Shown here: piece after piece, positions 19,171-29,527 of the stretch | Layout of the letters: each line of letters begins with the position of its first letter | How positions within the stretch are numbered: position 1 is the stretch's first letter | The notes under the pieces: generated by a model | The model's database searches: none | The model's input: the letters and a program-made list of their open reading frames with translations, nothing else | Told to the model about the DNA's origin: nothing | DNA from: Leptonemataceae bacterium | Lineage (GTDB): Bacteria; Spirochaetota; Leptospiria; Leptospirales; Leptonemataceae | Assembly (NCBI GenBank): GCA_965227295.1 | Contig: OZ245742.1 | Span: 3,520,001-3,584,000, forward strand | DNA length: 64,000 nucleotides | Direction of reading: 5' to 3' | Program-made: the position numbers and the translations under genes

Positions 19171-19940
19171 TTGGCGGGCTCCGTGCTTCCGTTCCCCTGG
19201 GCGAAGCCCCGGGCGTCCAGCAGGTCGACCTGGTATTTCTTCTCAAGTTCCTGCTGTTTCTGGGGATCCTGTTCCAGGCCGACGAGGACGCTGATGGCAA
19301 AGGCCTTTGCCAGGCGATAGTGAACGATGGCTTCATCGAAGCGGTCGTCGTCCATCATGTCTTCGGCCAGGGTCGTTTGTTGATAGGCGATTTGCAGCCG
19401 CTGGGCGTTGCGGAAGATATCCGCAGTCATGCCGCTGTTGGACTGACCCGGCTCGGAGGAGACGGCGAACTCGGCGTCCACCATGGACTCGGCGCACTGG
19501 GCCAGCAGGCCGGCGACCTGGTTCTGGAATTTATCTGTGAATTTCTTGTACAATTTTTGAATTTGTTCACGGGTCTCGGCGTGAATTTTCATGGACTCTA
19601 CGTAGCGGCGGCGGTAGCGCTCGCGCTCGGCGGCGTGGTAGGTCTCTTTGATTTTCTCGAAGTCGCCCTGAGCGCCTTCGACTTCGCTTCCGAAATTCGC
19701 CACGAGAATCTTGAGGCGTTTGATGTCATTGAGCGTGCGATCCCGCACGGGACCGATGCGACGAACGGCGTGATGCCGTTCCAGGTAAGAAGCGCGCTCC
19801 GGTTCCGAAACGCTTTCCGCGCCGGACGAGCCTTCCCCGGTCGGGGCGGCGTCCTGGGCGGCCACGGCGCCCGGCAACAGGGCGACGGCAAGAAAAGTGC
19901 ACAGAACGGCGATGGTAGGCGCGGTATGGATACGGCTCAT
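19167..19940 (-). CDS. Secreted helical hypothetical protein
   Basis: GGAG RBS before ATG 19940; signal peptide ending AVAA; charged helical body. Confidence 0.75.
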   Translation of the reverse strand: MSRIHTAPTIAVLCTFLAVALLPGAVAAQDAAPTGEGSSGAESVSEPERASYLERHHAVRRIGPVRDRTLNDIKRLKILVANFGSEVEGAQGDFEKIKETYHAAERERYRRRYVESMKIHAETREQIQKLYKKFTDKFQNQVAGLLAQCAESMVDAEFAVSSEPGQSNSGMTADIFRNAQRLQIAYQQTTLAEDMMDDDRFDEAIVHYRLAKAFAISVLVGLEQDPQKQQELEKKYQVDLLDARGFAQGNGSTEPAN

Positions 19941-20063
19941 TCGAATTCTCCGGAGCGGTTTAGAACTACGACCGAACATATAAAAAAAGTTCCCTGTTCT
20001 GTAAAACATTATTGTCCGGCGCTTCGAACGGTTCGACATATAAAACAGCGGAAATTTCAGGAT

Positions 20064-22772
20064 ATGTCCATGTTCAGACGCGCATTACGTCCCATTCGTT
20101 CAACCCGGGGCGTGGTTTTCTTCTTATTTACAACGCTCGCAGTCGTTCTCACCCCCGGAGTTCCACGGGTGGATGTGGTGGCCGCCGAGGTTCGGGTCCC
20201 CGTGGACCAGCGCTTTCTGGCGCTGGGTGAACTCAGATTGCAAGAGCAGTGGCCGGACCTCGACCTGCGCAGCAAGCGTCGCCTCGCGCCGTATTTAATC
20301 GAAAACTCTCACAACAGTGATCTGCCCGCCGACGATCGCCGCAAGTTGCCCGGCATCTTGCTGAACGAGAGCGATCCGTTCTTAAAAGCCTCCGGCGCGG
20401 TGGCGGCGATCTTTCGCCGGGATTTGAACAGCGGCAAGCGCATTGCGTATCTCACACAACTGCGCAAGAAGGGCGGATTGCCCGCCCAACTGGCGAACTT
20501 CTACATCGCGGTGGAGCGCGGACGTCTGGGGCAATCCGTTCCGGCCGAACAGTATGCCGGGGCCTGCGATCTGCCGGATCAGCAATCCCTGTGTACCGTG
20601 GCCCGGCTGAAGCTGGCCGTGGACGCGGCCTACAGCGCCCGTAGTTTTTCGGAGCAGAACCTGGAACGCATTCTCGATGCGGCGCGCCCGCTCCTGGGAC
20701 GCGCACCGTTTCGGCCTCCGTTCTATGCGCCCATCGCCGGCGATGCGCCGGAGAAACTTTACGCCCTGGGCCTGCCGCTCGAAGCCGCCATCCTCGCCGA
20801 GCGCATGACCTACGCCGCCGCGGACGATCGCGAACAGGGCATTCGCGCGCGCATCCCGTACTATCTCGCCGCTTCCGGAGACTTCGAAAGCGCCGCGCGA
20901 TTTTCCGCAAAGATTTCCCACACCAGCGATCCGGCCCTGTTGAACGCGCGCCTGGACTGGCTGATCCTGGGCGGCCACTATACCATGGCGCTGAACTACA
21001 TCGGTAAGATGGGACTCGACCGTCTTTCCACCAACGCCGCAAAAATCGCTCCTGCGAATTCGCGCGAGTACTGGTCCGGTTTCCCGGCCGCGTCCCGGGA
21101 AGAGATCCAACTGCGCAGTGCGATGTTGCTTTACCTGGCCGGAGACATCAAAAAAGCGGCGTCGGCCCTGGATCGACTCACGAATATTCCCGGCAACACG
21201 CCGGCCGGCGAACCGGCGCGGCTGTACGCCCGTTTGCGCCAGGCCCAGATCGTGCTGGAAGACAATCCGGAACTGGCCCACAAGATCGCCGAGGATATCA
21301 CCTACATTGCCCAGGCCAACGAATGGTATCTCCTGGAGTACCACGCCACCGTACTCGACGGCTGGGCTTATGTTTATCTGGGCAAACATTACCGCGGCGT
21401 GATCAATTTCATTAAGGCCCGCGGCATTCTGAGCGCCGACAAGCGCGAACATGCCGCCGAGTATTCGCGGCTCCTGGGTCTGCTCACCGCGCGCAACCGC
21501 ATGAACGTGCGCGGCAATCACAGTGCGCTCATCAAACAAATCAACACGTTGCTCGCGAAGCGCCCGTACAACGAGGCCGTTTATACGATTCGCGAGTGGG
21601 TCCACCGTGGAGCCGGGCCGGACATGTTCCTGCTGGAAGCCGTACGGAATTACAATCTGCGCGGCAGACGTTGGGATGCTCTGAATCTATTGCTCGAGTT
21701 TTCGCACACCGGCGAGTCGTTCTTTCAACCGGGCAACAATCCGGGCGGGGCGCGGGGATTTCTGACGAGCACGCTCTGGTCCCAGGAACTACATAAGTTC
21801 GGTTACATGGAGCGCACGCCCGCGGCGGAACTCAGTCTCACCGCGGCCACCCGGTCCGGCAGTCGCGCACAATTGCCGAAGACCGGCGAGCGCAACCTGA
21901 GTACGCGTTCCCTCGATCGTAACGCCTACTATGTGTTCCATTTCGACGTGCAGGGCGGACGGTACGTCTACGTCCTGTATCCGTACAAACGTACGCTGGG
22001 TATCGATTACGTCTTCTTACGGCCCACCGAACTCGAGGCCATGAAACTGAACTGCACTTTCGCCCAACCCGACGGCTGTGCGGCGTATCTGTCTTCGTTT
22101 GAAAGCGTGCGTAAGAATCTCGGCTCCGGCAAGAACCGCACGCTCTATGTGCATTATCAGCCCGAGTTCGACGGCGCGTTTGAGCGCGTACTTTTTCCGA
22201 ACCCGGCGGCACGCCCGGCGACGGTGCACTTTTACGATCCCTCGGTCCACAAGAACGCCGACCGCCTCGCCCCCAACAATCTAATTGCGCATCCCCAGGG
22301 TTGCTCGGCATCGCTGCCGCTCTCTTCGGCAACGGCGTCGCCCGGATTCGAAGAGCGCTTCAGTGGAGCCCAGGATGCCGGTGGCATCTGGCTGTGGCCG
22401 CTGGGCCTGGACGCGAAGCACAGTCGCAGCGGGACGCCGCGCCCGGTCTATCTCCGGAAGTTTTTGTGCGGCAAGACGCGCCTGCGGCTGTGGGATATGG
22501 ATCGCTTCGGTCGGGCCGGACGTGCGCCGGAACTGGTGGTCTATCGCCGACGGACGAACGAGGCCGCCCTGGATCGGGCCTTCGCCCGTTTTATGGCGGG
22601 GCAGGGCACGATGTTACTGGAATTCGATGCAAAGGCCGCTCCGGCCGCGCAGGGTTTCGTGGGCGATGTGCGTGGCGGCGGCTCGGTGTTGCGCAGCTTC
22701 GATGCGGGTGCGGCGAAAGCCGGCAGGGCCGAGGGCCGGCTGAGATTGATTCTACCGGGAATTCCGGGTTGA
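20064..22772 (+). CDS. Large exported hypothetical protein (helical-repeat-like)
   Basis: Start re-set to MSMFRR (20064) followed by hydrophobic signal/TM; Ala/Leu-rich helical repeats. Confidence 0.7.
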   Translation: MSMFRRALRPIRSTRGVVFFLFTTLAVVLTPGVPRVDVVAAEVRVPVDQRFLALGELRLQEQWPDLDLRSKRRLAPYLIENSHNSDLPADDRRKLPGILLNESDPFLKASGAVAAIFRRDLNSGKRIAYLTQLRKKGGLPAQLANFYIAVERGRLGQSVPAEQYAGACDLPDQQSLCTVARLKLAVDAAYSARSFSEQNLERILDAARPLLGRAPFRPPFYAPIAGDAPEKLYALGLPLEAAILAERMTYAAADDREQGIRARIPYYLAASGDFESAARFSAKISHTSDPALLNARLDWLILGGHYTMALNYIGKMGLDRLSTNAAKIAPANSREYWSGFPAASREEIQLRSAMLLYLAGDIKKAASALDRLTNIPGNTPAGEPARLYARLRQAQIVLEDNPELAHKIAEDITYIAQANEWYLLEYHATVLDGWAYVYLGKHYRGVINFIKARGILSADKREHAAEYSRLLGLLTARNRMNVRGNHSALIKQINTLLAKRPYNEAVYTIREWVHRGAGPDMFLLEAVRNYNLRGRRWDALNLLLEFSHTGESFFQPGNNPGGARGFLTSTLWSQELHKFGYMERTPAAELSLTAATRSGSRAQLPKTGERNLSTRSLDRNAYYVFHFDVQGGRYVYVLYPYKRTLGIDYVFLRPTELEAMKLNCTFAQPDGCAAYLSSFESVRKNLGSGKNRTLYVHYQPEFDGAFERVLFPNPAARPATVHFYDPSVHKNADRLAPNNLIAHPQGCSASLPLSSATASPGFEERFSGAQDAGGIWLWPLGLDAKHSRSGTPRPVYLRKFLCGKTRLRLWDMDRFGRAGRAPELVVYRRRTNEAALDRAFARFMAGQGTMLLEFDAKAAPAAQGFVGDVRGGGSVLRSFDAGAAKAGRAEGRLRLILPGIPG

Positions 22773-22834
22773 TCCTGCACGCCTGGCCCGTGCAGTGGTT
22801 CTGAGCGAGACCCGCGCCGCCAGGCAATTCCCGA

Positions 22835-24016
22835 ATGAGCAACCCCGATCGAGACGAAGACAGCCGCAATTCCGACGAACCGTCGGTGCTCTCGACGTTT
22901 TCGTCCGTGGGTTCCCTGGCGATTCTCATTCTGGTCGTCATCACCTTTAAGAACTTCATCCTCGACGCGAACAACATTCCCAGCGGTTCCATGATCCCCA
23001 CGCTGAAGATCGGGGACTATCTGTTCGTAAACAAAATGCGTTACTCGCTGCGCGTGCCGTTTACCGGCCAGGAAGTCGTGCGCATCGACGAACCGGAGCG
23101 CGGAGACATCATCACGTTTATTCCCCCGTACGAACGCGACAAGCACTACGTGAAACGCGTGATGGGTCTGCCCGGGGATCGCATTCGCATTCGCCAGGTG
23201 GGCATCTGCAGTCTGGCAGCGGACCTGGAAAAAAACAGCGTGCCGGATTCGTACGCGGAGATATCGCTCGCCGCGGAGCATGCTGCCGGTACCGACCGGA
23301 ACGTGCCGGACGAGTACTGCGCCGGCCGCCCCGCGCGCTGGCCCGAGCCGATCATCGCCGTCTTCGAGTACCGGCGCAACGACCGCGGACCCTGGTTGAA
23401 CTACGGTCCGCGTCCGATACCGGCGGAAGCGGCGCGCAACCTGCTGGTAGACTCGGATAACGTCGGGGTCCTGCATCCCCTCGATCTTCCGGAAGAAGAG
23501 AGCGGGAGTACCCTGCCGGTAGTCTATCGCGAGACGGTCGGCGGTCACGACCATTATATAGTAGAAAAGTACCTCGCATCCGAGGGCTCGCACCACGAGC
23601 TGTGCCCGGAGATCGAAACGGCCGGCTGCATCATTCCGCCCGAAAGTTACCTCGTAATGGGTGACAACCGCGACGACTCCAAAGACTCGCGCATGATCGG
23701 CTACATAGGCCGGGACAAGATCCTCGGCAAGGCGCTGATCATCTACTTCAGCATCAACTGGTACGACGAGATTTGCTACAATTACTGGCAGACCTTTCGC
23801 GGTACCCGCATCGATACCGATCCTGGCGAGGGCTATCATCTGCCGAACTTCCCGCCGGAAGAACAGTTCGCCGCGTGTGCGGAGGGTGACGTGATGTTGC
23901 ATCACTCCGCGGAAAACCTGGCCACCTACATCGGCCGTTATCTGTGGCACACCATCGTGAACCGCGTGCCGCGCATGGATGTACGCTGGGACCGTCCCGG
24001 AAAGATGCTGCGATAG
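22835..24016 (+). CDS. lepB: Signal peptidase I
   Basis: IPSGSMIPTL (catalytic Ser), YVKRV (catalytic Lys), GDNRDDSKDSR. Confidence 0.93.
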   Translation: MSNPDRDEDSRNSDEPSVLSTFSSVGSLAILILVVITFKNFILDANNIPSGSMIPTLKIGDYLFVNKMRYSLRVPFTGQEVVRIDEPERGDIITFIPPYERDKHYVKRVMGLPGDRIRIRQVGICSLAADLEKNSVPDSYAEISLAAEHAAGTDRNVPDEYCAGRPARWPEPIIAVFEYRRNDRGPWLNYGPRPIPAEAARNLLVDSDNVGVLHPLDLPEEESGSTLPVVYRETVGGHDHYIVEKYLASEGSHHELCPEIETAGCIIPPESYLVMGDNRDDSKDSRMIGYIGRDKILGKALIIYFSINWYDEICYNYWQTFRGTRIDTDPGEGYHLPNFPPEEQFAACAEGDVMLHHSAENLATYIGRYLWHTIVNRVPRMDVRWDRPGKMLR

Positions 24017-24028
24017 TCCGGGGAACGA

Positions 24029-24268
24029 TTAAAAGCCGTAGTGGCCTGGTGCCGGCAGGGGATAAACTTTGTTGCCGCGGGGATCGTACTCGGGAAACTC
24101 AGGAATCACAGCACCGTCGTCGATGAAGCGACGGACCGTGCGCAGGGCCTCGGAACGCGTATCGGCCAGGGAGCCGACCTGAAGCGACTCGCAGTGGGCC
24201 GCCCAGTAGCCGTCTTCGACGGCGATAAATTCCACCACGTGCACCTTAAGAATATCGGCGGAACACAA
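24029..24268 (-). CDS. Small HicB-like protein
   Basis: EDGYWAAHCESLQVGSLADTRSEAL resembles the HicB N-terminal domain pattern; start uncertain (GTG 24244 possible). Confidence 0.5.
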   Translation of the reverse strand: MCSADILKVHVVEFIAVEDGYWAAHCESLQVGSLADTRSEALRTVRRFIDDGAVIPEFPEYDPRGNKVYPLPAPGHYGF

Positions 24269-24310
24269 CTGGCATCATCGAAGAAAAATAACACGGATCT
24301 GGCCGGGCCC

Positions 24311-24685
24311 ATGCAATACCTCGGCCTCGGTTTCGAATTTCTCGGCGCGTTTTTGATGTGTGCCGGCGCGGGCTATCTCGTGGATCGTTATCTGACCGAG
24401 AGCGGGCGGCCGGGACTCTTTCTCATCGCCGGGGTCTTTGTGGGCTTCGGCGCGGGGTTGTGGCATTTGATCCGGCGGACCAGCGCCATCGGCGAGTGGG
24501 AGAAGCTGCACCTCGCCGAAAAGAAACAGGCCCGGGAAGCCGACGAAGATGTCGCCACAAAGGCCGACCGCATCACGCGGGAAATCGATGCGGTGAGTGA
24601 GCGCATCGGACGGGTGCTCGAAGATCACGAACGTCGCGCGCGCCGCCGCTCCGAAAATGCTGCGACGCCCGACAACGATGACTGA
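24311..24685 (+). CDS. AtpZ/AtpI family protein
   Basis: YLGLGFEF...GYLVDRY..PGLF...GVFVGF two-TM pattern at the head of the atp operon. Confidence 0.8.
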   Translation: MQYLGLGFEFLGAFLMCAGAGYLVDRYLTESGRPGLFLIAGVFVGFGAGLWHLIRRTSAIGEWEKLHLAEKKQAREADEDVATKADRITREIDAVSERIGRVLEDHERRARRRSENAATPDNDD

Positions 24686-25085
24686 AGCCCCGGATCATAC
24701 CGAACCGTCGCAGTGGTGGCTGGATGTCGTGCTGATTGCCGCGTTGCCCGTCGCGGTCGCGCTCGGTTATGCCGTGTATGACGCTTCCGTAACTCTCGTG
24801 CAGCCGATGTTTCGGTACGGGATTCATTTCTATGCGTCTTTATTCTCCTACGGACCGCACTGGATGCAGCGCTATCACCGCCGCCGGCGACCGGAGCACG
24901 GCCTCAAGTGGGTACTCCTGGGCAGTACGCTGCGTCTGTTTGCACTGGTGATACTGTTGGTCTGGCTCGTCGTCACGGCACGGCCGGTGGCGGCGGGTGT
25001 GGTCCTGTTTGTTATAACGATCGGAACCTTTTTGTGTTTTCAGGTTGTCACAGAGGCCCGGCGCAAATACCGTGGCCGCGCGTAG
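24678..25085 (+). CDS. ATP synthase protein I-like membrane protein
   Basis: Four hydrophobic segments, LGSTLRLF motif, located between atpZ-like gene and atpB. Confidence 0.6.
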   Translation: MTEAPDHTEPSQWWLDVVLIAALPVAVALGYAVYDASVTLVQPMFRYGIHFYASLFSYGPHWMQRYHRRRRPEHGLKWVLLGSTLRLFALVILLVWLVVTARPVAAGVVLFVITIGTFLCFQVVTEARRKYRGRA

Positions 25086-25091
25086 AGCGCT

Positions 25092-26324
25092 ATGACCCCG
25101 GAAAAAACCGACCAAAATCGCATTCTAAACTCCCGGCCGGCCTTCCGTTCCTTTCGGTTGCGATTCTTCCTCGCCTTGCTTCCTGTCTTTGTGGCCTCTT
25201 ATATTATGGGCGCGGTCTCGCTGGCGGCCGAAGAGGACGATCACGGCGATCACCCTGCTGTCGAAAGTCACACCGAAGAGCACGGCGGCACGCACGACGA
25301 ACACGCCGGTGATCACGGCAAAAGCAAAGGGTTCGACTTCGTAGCGAAGCTTGAGCACCACCTCAACGACTCGGTTATTTTCGAGTGGAATATCGGCGGC
25401 ACGAAAGTGCGTCCGGGCGAAGAGGGCTACAAAACGCCGGCGTTCACCCGGCGCTATACCTTCAAGGATGCCGAAGGCCTCTATCGTTACGACGGCGGCC
25501 TGCCCATGCACATCACGCGCCGTGTTATGATGATGATCATCGTCGGCACGTTGCTTACCGTCATTTTGATTCTCATCGCCCGCCGCATCGCGAAAAACCC
25601 GTATCGGGTCAACGGCCGCGCGGCGAGCATGATCGAAGCCGCGGTCCTGTGGATTCGCAAAGACCTCGTCGAAGAAGGCATGCACTCTCACGGCAAGGGC
25701 TTCGAACATCTGATCCTTTCGCTATTCTTCTTTATCTTCGCGCTGAACCTGGCCGGGCTGTTTCCGCCCATCGGCGAAGGCGTGAACAAGATCTACGAGG
25801 CCGTGACGCACACGCATCACGACAACCATTCGGCGGGTAGCACCGAGGCTCCACTCATTGCAGTGTGGCCTGGTATCACCGCCACCGGCGACATCGGCGT
25901 AACCCTGCCGCTCGCGCTTATGACGACGCTGCTGATGTGGATCACGGGCTTTCGTTATCAGGGCTTTAAGTTTCTGTGGCACTCGGTGCCCAATGGCGTG
26001 CCTGTCGCTTTGTATCCCATCATGTGGCCGCTGGAATTCATCATCAGCCCCGTCGCCAAAGGTTTCGCTCTCACCATTCGTCTGCTCGCGAACATGACCG
26101 GCGGTCACGTCATCCTGCTGGCCCTGGTTGGTTTCATCTTCCAGGCGAAGGCTCTGTGGTTCGGCGGCCCCATCGGTATCGTCGGCGGTGCCGGTATTAC
26201 GCTGGCCTCCGTGGCAGGCTCGGTTGCCATTTACTTTCTCGAAATTCTGGTCGCCTTTTTACAGGCGTTTATCTTTGCCATGCTGTCGTCGCTGTTTATC
26301 GGCAGTGTGATGCACCGTCACTGA
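25092..26324 (+). CDS. atpB: F0F1 ATP synthase subunit a
   Basis: FALTIRLLANMTGGH, LEILVAFLQAFIF; long N-terminal extension. Confidence 0.95.
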   Translation: MTPEKTDQNRILNSRPAFRSFRLRFFLALLPVFVASYIMGAVSLAAEEDDHGDHPAVESHTEEHGGTHDEHAGDHGKSKGFDFVAKLEHHLNDSVIFEWNIGGTKVRPGEEGYKTPAFTRRYTFKDAEGLYRYDGGLPMHITRRVMMMIIVGTLLTVILILIARRIAKNPYRVNGRAASMIEAAVLWIRKDLVEEGMHSHGKGFEHLILSLFFFIFALNLAGLFPPIGEGVNKIYEAVTHTHHDNHSAGSTEAPLIAVWPGITATGDIGVTLPLALMTTLLMWITGFRYQGFKFLWHSVPNGVPVALYPIMWPLEFIISPVAKGFALTIRLLANMTGGHVILLALVGFIFQAKALWFGGPIGIVGGAGITLASVAGSVAIYFLEILVAFLQAFIFAMLSSLFIGSVMHRH

Positions 26325-26396
26325 GGGACGGAGTTACAACTGATCTCAAATATTACGTTTCTTGCTATTGTTAACGGATATACAACGGAGGATTGA

Positions 26397-26678
26397 ATGA
26401 TCGCTTTAGCATTCGTAGGTATCGGCGTAGGCGCCGGTCTGGTTATCATCGGCGCTGCCATGGGCATCGGCCGTATCGGCGGTTCCGCAGTTGAGGGCAT
26501 GAGCCGTCAGCCGGAAGCAGCCGGTCCGATTCAGACCGCCATGATTATTACGGCGGCCCTGATCGAGGGTGCGGCTCTGTTCGCCCTGGTGATCATCCTG
26601 CTGTCCGGTCTGAACTTCACCCCCGATCTGATCGAGAAGTTCGCACCGCAACCGGCAGCGACCGAAGCAGCCGAGTAA
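26397..26678 (+). CDS. atpE: F0F1 ATP synthase subunit c
   Basis: GIGRIG, RQPE loop, ALIEG proton-binding Glu; GGAGG RBS. Confidence 0.96.
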   Translation: MIALAFVGIGVGAGLVIIGAAMGIGRIGGSAVEGMSRQPEAAGPIQTAMIITAALIEGAALFALVIILLSGLNFTPDLIEKFAPQPAATEAAE

Positions 26679-26851
26679 GGTTTTTTACCTCCGTGTTCGG
26701 GTTCTGCGCGGTTGCGCAGCGCCCGGAACGGATGGTGTGTTACGCTTTCCCGTACGTTCCGCGTGCGGCCTGTCTTTCTCCGGAGTTCCGATCGCATCGG
26801 TAGGTCGGCGTAAAGGCAGCACGAGAGCATAGACTTCAGGAGATTTTTGAT

Positions 26852-27379
26852 ATGATGCTTGAGTTTCTGGCAGAAGGCGGTGGAATTGCGCTGCTCGACG
26901 TGAATCCCGGCCTGGTCATCTGGACCTTTATCATCTTTGGCCTGGTGGTGTTTATTCTGCGCAAGTTCGCGTGGAACCCCATCGCGAATGCGCTGGATTC
27001 CCGGGCGCAGAAGATTCACGAGGACATCGACCGCGCGGAAAAGCTGCGTAAAGATGCCGAGGCCAGGCTGAACGAGTATCTCGATAAGCTGAACGGTCTG
27101 CGAGAAGAAGGACAGGAGATTGTCGCCGAGGCTCGCAAAGACGCGGACGCTCTGAAGAGTGAAATCCTCGGCGCCGCGAAGAAAGAGGCCGAAGAGCTCA
27201 AGAACCGCGCTCTCCGGGAAGTCAACCTGGCGCGGGAGCACGCCCTCGAAGACATCTCCCGGCAGGTCACGGAACTCTCGATCGCGGTGGCCGCGCAGAT
27301 TCTCGAACGGGATCTGAAGGCCGAGGATCATCAGAAGATCATCAACGAAACCGTACAGAAGATGCGGAGCATGAACTGA
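26852..27379 (+). CDS. atpF: F0F1 ATP synthase subunit b
   Basis: PGLVIWT..F..LRKFAW.PI..ALDSR, coiled coil. Confidence 0.95.
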   Translation: MMLEFLAEGGGIALLDVNPGLVIWTFIIFGLVVFILRKFAWNPIANALDSRAQKIHEDIDRAEKLRKDAEARLNEYLDKLNGLREEGQEIVAEARKDADALKSEILGAAKKEAEELKNRALREVNLAREHALEDISRQVTELSIAVAAQILERDLKAEDHQKIINETVQKMRSMN

Positions 27380-27389
27380 GTTATCCCTT

Positions 27390-27962
27390 ATGCTGTTGAA
27401 TGCAAAGATAGCAACGGTCTACGCGGAAGCGCTCCTTGAGCTGGCCATGGACGCCGGCTCCCTGGAGGACGTGGAGCAGGAACTGAACGGGGTTACCCGG
27501 GTCGTGGCCGGGGACGAGTCCGTGTGGACATTCTTTCGTTCTCCGGTGGTGGACATCGAAGCGAAGGAAAAGGTCCTCGAAACGTCGCTGAAGCCCGCGC
27601 TCTCGAAGACGCTCTACAATTTCATGGGGGTCCTCGTGCGGCGCCGTCGCATGCAGGAGCTGCCCGCCATCGCGGACATCTTTCACAAGCTCGCGAACGA
27701 AAAACTCGGTCGGCGCGAGGTATTCGTATATTCCGCAACGGCACTTACGGACGAACAGGAAAAGGCCCTCTACGAAGCCGTGCAGAGCTACTTCCACCTC
27801 AAGGTTGTTATGGAAACCCAGGTTCGTGAGGATCTCATCGGCGGCCTGGTCATTCGTTCCAACGACACCGTATTCGACACCAGCATTCGCAGCCGGCTCC
27901 GGCGCATCAAACAACGACTGAAAGATCGCAAGATCACGGGCGAGGCATACTATGAAAATTAA
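27390..27962 (+). CDS. atpH: F0F1 ATP synthase subunit delta
   Basis: [15 protein letters not shown]...DTSIR. Confidence 0.93.
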   Translation: MLLNAKIATVYAEALLELAMDAGSLEDVEQELNGVTRVVAGDESVWTFFRSPVVDIEAKEKVLETSLKPALSKTLYNFMGVLVRRRRMQELPAIADIFHKLANEKLGRREVFVYSATALTDEQEKALYEAVQSYFHLKVVMETQVREDLIGGLVIRSNDTVFDTSIRSRLRRIKQRLKDRKITGEAYYEN

Positions 27963-29487
27963 AACCGACGAAATTACCAGTGTACTCAAGAAAGAGATAT
28001 CCTCGTTTCAGGAGAAGATGGACCTCGCCGAGGTCGGCGAAGTCCTCGCCGTAGGGGACGGCATCGCCCGGGTCTACGGTCTCGACAACGTAATGTTCAA
28101 CGAGATGGTGGAGTTCGAGGACGGAACCCTCGGCCTGGCCTTCAACCTGGAAGAAAGCTCCGTGGGCGTGGTGGTTCTCGGCGAGTATGTGCAACTCCGG
28201 GAAGGCATGCAGGTCAAACGCCTCGGCCGCGTTCTCGAAGTTCCGGTGGGCGAAGCGCTCCTCGGCCGCATCGTTGATCCCATGGGTCGTCCGGTGGACG
28301 GCAAAGGCCCGCTCAATACCAGCGAAACCCGCCCCATGGAAATCATCGCTCCCGGCATCGCGAAACGCAAGCCGGTCCACGAGCCGATGCAAACCGGTAT
28401 CAAGGCCATTGACTCCATGATCCCGGTTGGTCGCGGCCAGCGCGAGTTGATCATCGGCGACCGTGGTACCGGTAAGACCGCTATCGCCGTCGACACGATC
28501 ATCAATCAGAAAGGCCAGGACGTAATCTGCGTCTATGTGGCCATCGGTCAGAAATCATCCAACGTCGTCGCCCTCTACGAACGCCTGCAGGAACTCGGCT
28601 GCATGGACTACACCATCTTCGTAGCTGCTTCCGCTTCGGACCCGGCACCGCTGCAATACCTGGCGCCCTATGCCGGCTGCGCGATGGCGGAATACTTCAT
28701 GTATTCGAAGAAAAAAGCGACGCTCGTTGTTTACGATGACCTCAGCAAGCAGGCCAACGCCTACCGGCAGATGTCACTGCTCCTGCGCCGTCCGCCGGGC
28801 CGCGAAGCATATCCCGGCGACGTCTTCTATCTGCACAGCCGCCTGCTCGAACGGGCCGTAAAACTCAATGATGCGATGGGTGCCGGTTCTTTGACGGCCC
28901 TGCCGATCATCGAGACCCAGGAAGGTGAGGTTTCCGCTTATATTCCGACCAACGTTATTTCCATTACCGACGGTCAGATCTTCCTCCAGCCGAACCTGTT
29001 CGCGTCCGGCCAGCGTCCCGCCGTGGACGTGGGCATCTCCGTTTCGCGGGTGGGTGGTTCGGCCCAGATCAAGGCCATGAAGTCCGTCGCCGGTAAGTTG
29101 AAGCTCGACCTCGCGCAGTTCCGCGAACTCGAAGCCTTTGCTCAGCTCGGCACCGAACTCGACGCCGCCACCCAGGCCCAGCTCGATCGCGGTTACCGCG
29201 TTCTTGAGATCCTGAAGCAGGGCGAGGGCGAGCCGTGGAAAGTCGAGGAGCAGGTGGTTTCTATCTTCGCCGTAGCCCGCGGCCTCATGGACAAAATCGA
29301 AATCGAGCGGGTTTCCGAGTTCGAAGTCGCGCTCATCAATCACATGCGGAATTCGCACCCGGAACTCCTGAAGGGCATCGTCGAATCGAAAAAGATCGAG
29401 GACGAGGGCACCCTCGAACGCACCATCAAGGACTTCGCCGAAGCCTTTATTTCCGGCAAAGCGGCTGAGGTCCGCAGCCACGCCTGA
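27952..29487 (+). CDS. atpA: F0F1 ATP synthase subunit alpha
   Basis: [31 protein letters not shown]. Confidence 0.98.
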   Translation: MKIKTDEITSVLKKEISSFQEKMDLAEVGEVLAVGDGIARVYGLDNVMFNEMVEFEDGTLGLAFNLEESSVGVVVLGEYVQLREGMQVKRLGRVLEVPVGEALLGRIVDPMGRPVDGKGPLNTSETRPMEIIAPGIAKRKPVHEPMQTGIKAIDSMIPVGRGQRELIIGDRGTGKTAIAVDTIINQKGQDVICVYVAIGQKSSNVVALYERLQELGCMDYTIFVAASASDPAPLQYLAPYAGCAMAEYFMYSKKKATLVVYDDLSKQANAYRQMSLLLRRPPGREAYPGDVFYLHSRLLERAVKLNDAMGAGSLTALPIIETQEGEVSAYIPTNVISITDGQIFLQPNLFASGQRPAVDVGISVSRVGGSAQIKAMKSVAGKLKLDLAQFRELEAFAQLGTELDAATQAQLDRGYRVLEILKQGEGEPWKVEEQVVSIFAVARGLMDKIEIERVSEFEVALINHMRNSHPELLKGIVESKKIEDEGTLERTIKDFAEAFISGKAAEVRSHA

Positions 29488-29527
29488 TCCGGCGTAACAG
29501 CGAATCAAGGGAAGTTAGCAGGAACTT

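Noticed and set aside
19320..20063. N-terminal 248 codons of the 1150-aa ORF
   Set aside because: Antisense to the 19167-19940 gene; a signal-like start lies at 20064.
24041..24310. Extended N-terminus of the AtpZ-like ORF
   Set aside because: Overlaps the HicB-like ORF antisense and lacks family features; a CTG start at 24269 is possible but unsupported.
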